Assembly (NCBI RefSeq): GCF_000186885.1
Contig: NC_014972.1
Location: forward strand, 600,001 to 632,000
Length of the DNA: 32,000 bases
DNA from: Desulfobulbus propionicus DSM 2032
GTDB taxonomy: Bacteria > Desulfobacterota > Desulfobulbia > Desulfobulbales > Desulfobulbaceae
Direction of reading: 5' to 3'
Shown here piece after piece: positions 29,001 to 32,000 of the stretch; position 1 is the first letter of the stretch; every line of letters begins with the position of its first letter. The notes under the pieces were generated by a model. It worked only from the letters and a program-made list of their open reading frames with translations. It was not told where the DNA came from and did not search any database. The position numbers were made by a program, and so were the translations under genes.

Positions 29001-29250
29001 AGTGCGGCTACAGTGGGTGCATGAATTCAGCCGCCAAACCGACGATCTGGAATCGCGGCTGGCTGGCGGGGGCGACTTCTTCGTGACCCCCGGCCGTGAT
29101 TTGGCCGCTAACGGCCTCATCATGGGAGCCGCGCTGCGGACGCGGTTCTCGGAAACGATGTTCACCCATCTCGGTTATGCGTGCACCCTGCGCGACCAAG
29201 GCGGCGAGACTGATCATGCCCTGTCCCTGCAATTGGGTTGGAGGTTTTAA
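26026..29250 (+). CDS. papain-family (C1) cysteine protease fused to a beta-helical passenger and autotransporter beta-domain (1074 aa)
   Basis: Signal peptide; FDLRD...VRDQGNCGSCYAFG (Gln/Cys), GCNGG, NHAVSLVGW (His), WILRNSWNDYWGEDGYMRIS (Asn); NSGTI-type repeats; passenger end and beta-barrel ending LSLQLGWRF. Confidence 0.93.
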   Translation: MRSICYSPIWIALSLLPAVQAAAALPAAFDLRDIDGHSFIGGVRDQGNCGSCYAFGAVAAAESTWNRAHGLYDEQAIDLSEAFMVWSLGPLYEGMDGCNGGNILDPMNAVVEYGVPVEKVFPYPLQDDQWTVIEPAIGQHWDAPRHLLLDWYPIPPNDIETVKRVLHSIGAIRASVLVEDDFQRYSSGIFSNDYTAIDYIIPYYSSSNHAVSLVGWNDAPGPEGMGSWILRNSWNDYWGEDGYMRISYMSAGVNLKNSYLIAVPWSGESVELENDGRLTARPWSAGGTLNAYGVDLWGGAASSVTNRGTILAEADGGEALTTARGVYLWGGPEGWVTNSGEIAAVAASATNQAIAHGITLQGGLVDNAGRISAEAGSEAKQALAFGVWAANGGNPLTVRNSGTITASTNDGVLNSAYGIWGDSRAGITVSNSGIIEAFGQEWAVGALLSNGPVLLDNSGTVAASADPDTGVAVGILTTNPGTIVNSGTVRGQTFSINAWDDTQLVLRTGSDLIGSVLLEGRADQVRLAGSGREDERFAGVETLIMAGWDWTLAGDSTFGSIRVVGGRLGIDGVVHGNTTVHAGGTLAGSGTVVGEVVSSGRVAPGRSIGHLTIDGDFRQNANGLLAIEIGRDSADLLTVTGTASLDGTLRVLPDGYAAGGYYTFLDAGALDGSFTLAQGAAVLDVDLVPLGSDGLALEVSRNRYADLSTPGNHGIAANLDMVRSTAADDFADVLDRLDLAMTSDDMNASLAQMTPRIHGLATVLALDDGQAGLDSVRRRMERFAPTEDRARDNGRSTTVWMEAPGRHGRYDADGNSFGARSHSFGMLLGLERTTVHGLTVGMTGGITKSRYQSDSGGDEGENASLQGYLYGFWRDPQTMDGWRWGGAIGTGVIDLEGDRHLSFAGRQSHSDHDAHLLAGTLLGGYDWRFGNWILGPTLGLNWVALDEEGFAESGAGSADLIMRSRESDSLQGVVGGRIAHPFSWQELVLEPEVRLQWVHEFSRQTDDLESRLAGGGDFFVTPGRDLAANGLIMGAALRTRFSETMFTHLGYACTLRDQGGETDHALSLQLGWRF
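26845..27530 (+). repeat. degenerate protein-level repeats of roughly 30-40 aa in the autotransporter passenger (beta-helix-like)
   Basis: Recurring ENDGRLTA, VTNRGTILA, VTNSGEIAA, VDNAGRISA, VRNSGTITA, VSNSGIIEA, LDNSGTVAA, IVNSGTVRG, each followed by an A-x-Gly-(V/I) turn. Boundaries approximate. Confidence 0.8.
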
Positions 29251-29458
29251 CATCGGTGGGAGGCTGGGGCGGCAGGCAAGACCGGCGGCCAAGCGACGCG
29301 CTTTCGGGGGCCACCACCGGACACAGAACCGCGTCCGAGCGCATGGGGCAAAGAGCGCAACGGCTGATTTTGCTTGACGCGGCTGCGCGAAAGCCGTCAT
29401 GATGGGCTGTTTTCCGACCACCAACGCCTTCTGGCAAAGCACGAACGGTTCGTCTCCC

Positions 29459-29893
29459 ATGTATCCTGTACGATTGATCGTTATCCTTCTATTCCTGGTA
29501 TCGTCCCCCCCGGTCTCCGCGCGCGCCGCAGGCGACGAGGAAGGGGCCACCCTGTACGGCCGAACCCTGCTTGAGCAGATCAACAATTACCGCCATGTCA
29601 ATGGGTTGAGCACGTTGCGGTTTGATCCCCGTCTGATCCGCCTGGCCCGCACCCATAGCTTCGAGATGTTTCAGCAGAAACGGGTCAGCCATCGCAATTT
29701 CAACGAGCGGTTTGAACGCGCGGGCAGCAACCTGTGCGTGGAGAATGTCGGCTGGAATTACAGCACGCCGCTCAAGCAGTTCGATGCCTGGCGCCATTCG
29801 AGCGGCCATGACGAGAACATGCTTAAAGAAGGTCTTTCCAGGGCCGGCATCGCCGAGGTTGGCAAATACGTGACTTTTTTTGCTTGCAAATAA
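29459..29893 (+). CDS. secreted CAP/SCP-domain protein
   Basis: Signal peptide MYPVRLIVILLFLVSSPPVSARA; LLEQINNYRHVNGLSTLRFDPRLIRLARTHSFEMFQQKRVSHRNF...ENVGWNY...WRHSSGHDENML is a CAP-like pattern. The track start at 29399 is an alternative; neither has a clear RBS. Confidence 0.85.
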   Translation: MYPVRLIVILLFLVSSPPVSARAAGDEEGATLYGRTLLEQINNYRHVNGLSTLRFDPRLIRLARTHSFEMFQQKRVSHRNFNERFERAGSNLCVENVGWNYSTPLKQFDAWRHSSGHDENMLKEGLSRAGIAEVGKYVTFFACK

Positions 29894-29994
29894 GGCCGGG
29901 AAAAAGCGACTGGACGAGGACAGCGGCCAATTTCTTTCCCTGGAGCGTCAACGTGCGCCATTTGCCACTATCTTTTTTGCCCTGAATTCGCTAT

Positions 29995-30135
29995 AAACCA
30001 CCCTGGCGCATCGGCGTGCGAGCCGTATGCGGTCAATCTTTCGGAGGAAACGGGTGCGATTCCCGTGCTGTCCCGCAACTGTGATTCCGCCGTCGGCGGA
30101 CAAGCCAGATACTCCTCGTGAACGCGGGTCTTCGT
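29995..30135 (+). ncRNA. cobalamin (AdoCbl) riboswitch
   Basis: ggaggaaacgggtgcgattcccgtgctgtcccgcaactgtg...acaagccagatactcctcgtg matches the B12-box consensus region and lies upstream of cobU/cobS. Ends approximate. Confidence 0.88.
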
Positions 30136-30255
30136 GGAATGAGACACCGGCGCCGTGCCTGCGGCATTCCGACTGCTCCCCGACGCATCACGCTGACTGT
30201 TCAACCCTGTCGCGGCCATCAGACGATCGGCCGGCAACTTTTCTGTGGTGGCTGT

Positions 30256-30834
30256 ATGGGGCGGATTATCCTGGTGACTGGTGGGGCCAGAAGCGGCAAG
30301 AGCAGCTTTGCCGAACAGCTGACCGGAGGGATGGGCGCGGAAATCGCCTATATTGCCACGGCCATGGCCCTCGATGCCGAAATGGAGGACCGGATCGCCA
30401 AGCACCGGCGGCAGCGCCCCGATTGCTGGCAGACCTTTGAAGCCCCGACCCACCCCGCCGGGGTGATCGGCGAGCGCGGCAACCACGTTGACGCCATTCT
30501 GCTGGATTGTCTGACGGTGATGGCCACCAACCGGATGCTCGATCAGCCCCCTTCCGTTGACTGGGAACACCCCACCGTGGCGCAGATGAACGCCATCGAG
30601 GCGAACGTGCTGGCCGAGGTCGAGGCGATCATTGCCGCCGCGACCGGTGTCCGGGCCGATCTGGTGGCGGTGACCAACGAGGTCGGTTTCGGCATCGTGC
30701 CGCTGTCACCGTTGTCCCGCTTCTTCCGTGACTGCGTCGGCCGGGTCAATCAGCGGATGGCGCGCGCCGCTGCGGAGGTCTACCTGGTGGTTTCGGGGAT
30801 CCCCGTGCGGATCAAGGGGGAGGGGGCGGCATGA
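30256..30834 (+). CDS. cobU: adenosylcobinamide kinase / adenosylcobinamide-phosphate guanylyltransferase
   Basis: MGRIILVTGGARSGKSSFAEQL P-loop; LLDCLTVMATNRM; TNEVGFGIVPLSPLSRFFRDCVGRVNQRMA. ATG at 30256 preferred over the track start at 30118, which lies in the riboswitch. Confidence 0.95.
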   Translation: MGRIILVTGGARSGKSSFAEQLTGGMGAEIAYIATAMALDAEMEDRIAKHRRQRPDCWQTFEAPTHPAGVIGERGNHVDAILLDCLTVMATNRMLDQPPSVDWEHPTVAQMNAIEANVLAEVEAIIAAATGVRADLVAVTNEVGFGIVPLSPLSRFFRDCVGRVNQRMARAAAEVYLVVSGIPVRIKGEGAA

Positions 30835-31607
30835 AATCGCTCGTGCTCATGATTCAGTTCATGACCCGCTATCCGATTCCGCTGGAGATCGAGTTCACTG
30901 CCCGCCACTTTGTCCAGGGCATGAAGTGGATGCCGCTGGTCGGCCTGCTCGCGGCCTTGCCGGGAGCTGTCGGGTTTGTCCTGGCCGATGCCTGGCTCGG
31001 CCGGGAGGTGGCGGCCATTGTCGCCGTCATCCTGCTGATCACCGTCACCGGCGGCCTGCACCTCGACGGGATCGCCGACACCGCCGACGGCCTGTTCAGC
31101 TATCGGTCCCGCGAGCGGATGCTGGAAATCATGCGCGATTCCACCCTGGGGGCCAATGGGGTGATCGCCCTGGTGCTGACGATTCTGCTCAAGTTCATCC
31201 TGCTGCACAACATTGCGGATGACGGCGCGCTGCTGGCGGTGCTGCTCACCCCGGTACTTGGGCGCATGGCCCTGACCTGGCATTCGGCGGTGGCTCCTTA
31301 TGCCCGGGAGGAGCGGGGCATCGGCGATTACGTCAACCAGACCGGGCTTGCCCAGGCCGTGGCCGCCACCCTGCTGTCCCTGTGCCTGGTGAGCGTCCTG
31401 CTGGGGATGTTCGGCCTGCGGCCGGCATTGATCCCCGTGGTCACCGTGGTCCTGCATCTGCCGTCGATCGTGCTGGCGGTGCTGTTCGCCGCCTATCTCA
31501 GGCGGAGGCTGGGCGGGATCACCGGCGATACCATCGGGGCCAGCATCGAGCTGGCGGAGCTCCTCAGTTTTCTCGTCTTTCTTCTTGTGTGGAAATATAT
31601 GCTATGA
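30831..31607 (+). CDS. cobS: adenosylcobinamide-GDP ribazoletransferase
   Basis: MTRYPIP..., GGLHLDGIADTADGLFS, multiple TM segments; ATGA overlap with cobU. Confidence 0.95.
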   Translation: MKSLVLMIQFMTRYPIPLEIEFTARHFVQGMKWMPLVGLLAALPGAVGFVLADAWLGREVAAIVAVILLITVTGGLHLDGIADTADGLFSYRSRERMLEIMRDSTLGANGVIALVLTILLKFILLHNIADDGALLAVLLTPVLGRMALTWHSAVAPYAREERGIGDYVNQTGLAQAVAATLLSLCLVSVLLGMFGLRPALIPVVTVVLHLPSIVLAVLFAAYLRRRLGGITGDTIGASIELAELLSFLVFLLVWKYML

Positions 31608-32000
31608 ACACGACCAAGCTGTATCTCATTCGCCACGGCGAGACCGAACAGAATAAAACCGGCATCCTCATGGGCAGCACCGACACCCCGCTCAACGATC
31701 ATGGACGGCTGCAGGCGGCCTCGTTGCGGGAGCGGATCAACGCCCTGGAGGTGGACACCATTTTTTCCAGCCCACTGTCGCGGGCGGTGGAAACCGCCAC
31801 CCTGGTATTTGGCGAGCAGGTCCCGATCATCACCGATTCCAGTCTGCAGGAATTCCACTTCGGCGAATGGGAGGGTATGCACTTTTCGCAGATCGCCACC
31901 CAGTATCCGGACATCTGGCAGATGTGGCTCACCGACTGGGAACAGACCCACATTCCCGGCGGCGAGGCCTTTCCCGCCTTCAAGCAGCGGGTGATCTCCT
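31604..32000 (+). CDS. histidine phosphatase family protein (CobC-like alpha-ribazole phosphatase), truncated by the window edge
   Basis: MNTTKLYLIRHGETEQNKTGILMGSTDTPLNDHGRLQAASLRERI...IFSSPLSRAVETA...EFHFGEWEG; RHGE motif; ATGA overlap with cobS. Not in the supplied ORF track because no stop is reached. Confidence 0.88.
   Translation, partial: MNTTKLYLIRHGETEQNKTGILMGSTDTPLNDHGRLQAASLRERINALEVDTIFSSPLSRAVETATLVFGEQVPIITDSSLQEFHFGEWEGMHFSQIATQYPDIWQMWLTDWEQTHIPGGEAFPAFKQRVIS

Noticed and set aside
1-32000. CRISPR arrays, transposons, phage or toxin-antitoxin/defence cassettes
   Set aside because: No regularly spaced direct repeats, transposase motifs or recognisable defence proteins were seen on either strand by eye. 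A systematic scan was not possible.

Overview
This window looks like ordinary chromosomal DNA from a GC-rich Gram-negative bacterium, probably Desulfobacterota/Desulfobulbales-like (inference from gene content only). No mobile element, CRISPR array, phage gene, rRNA or tRNA was recognised. From left to right it contains: the start of a DUF4492-like small membrane protein overlapping an Rrf2 regulator; a very large uncharacterised membrane protein; a Cache/PAS/GGDEF/EAL protein; a Tat-signal DUF882/M15 peptidase (MepK/YcbK-like); ComF; NADP-dependent isocitrate dehydrogenase; a PlsC-like acyltransferase; BamA with an N-terminal extension; Mfd; a HAD hydrolase; a bidirectional terminator; and a coiled-coil membrane protein. 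Next is a minus-strand cluster: FadL-like porin, cNMP-binding/methyltransferase fusion, and two tandem HD-GYP proteins. It is followed by a papain-like (C1) cysteine protease fused to an autotransporter, a CAP-domain secreted protein, and a cobalamin riboswitch leading into cobU-cobS and a truncated histidine phosphatase. The best candidates for undescribed biology are (1) the FadL / cNMP-methyltransferase / HD-GYP / HD-GYP cluster, a possible lipid-signal plus c-di-GMP module, and (2) the C1 protease autotransporter beside a CAP protein. Both proposals are inferences from domain-like motifs and synteny. No database search was run.
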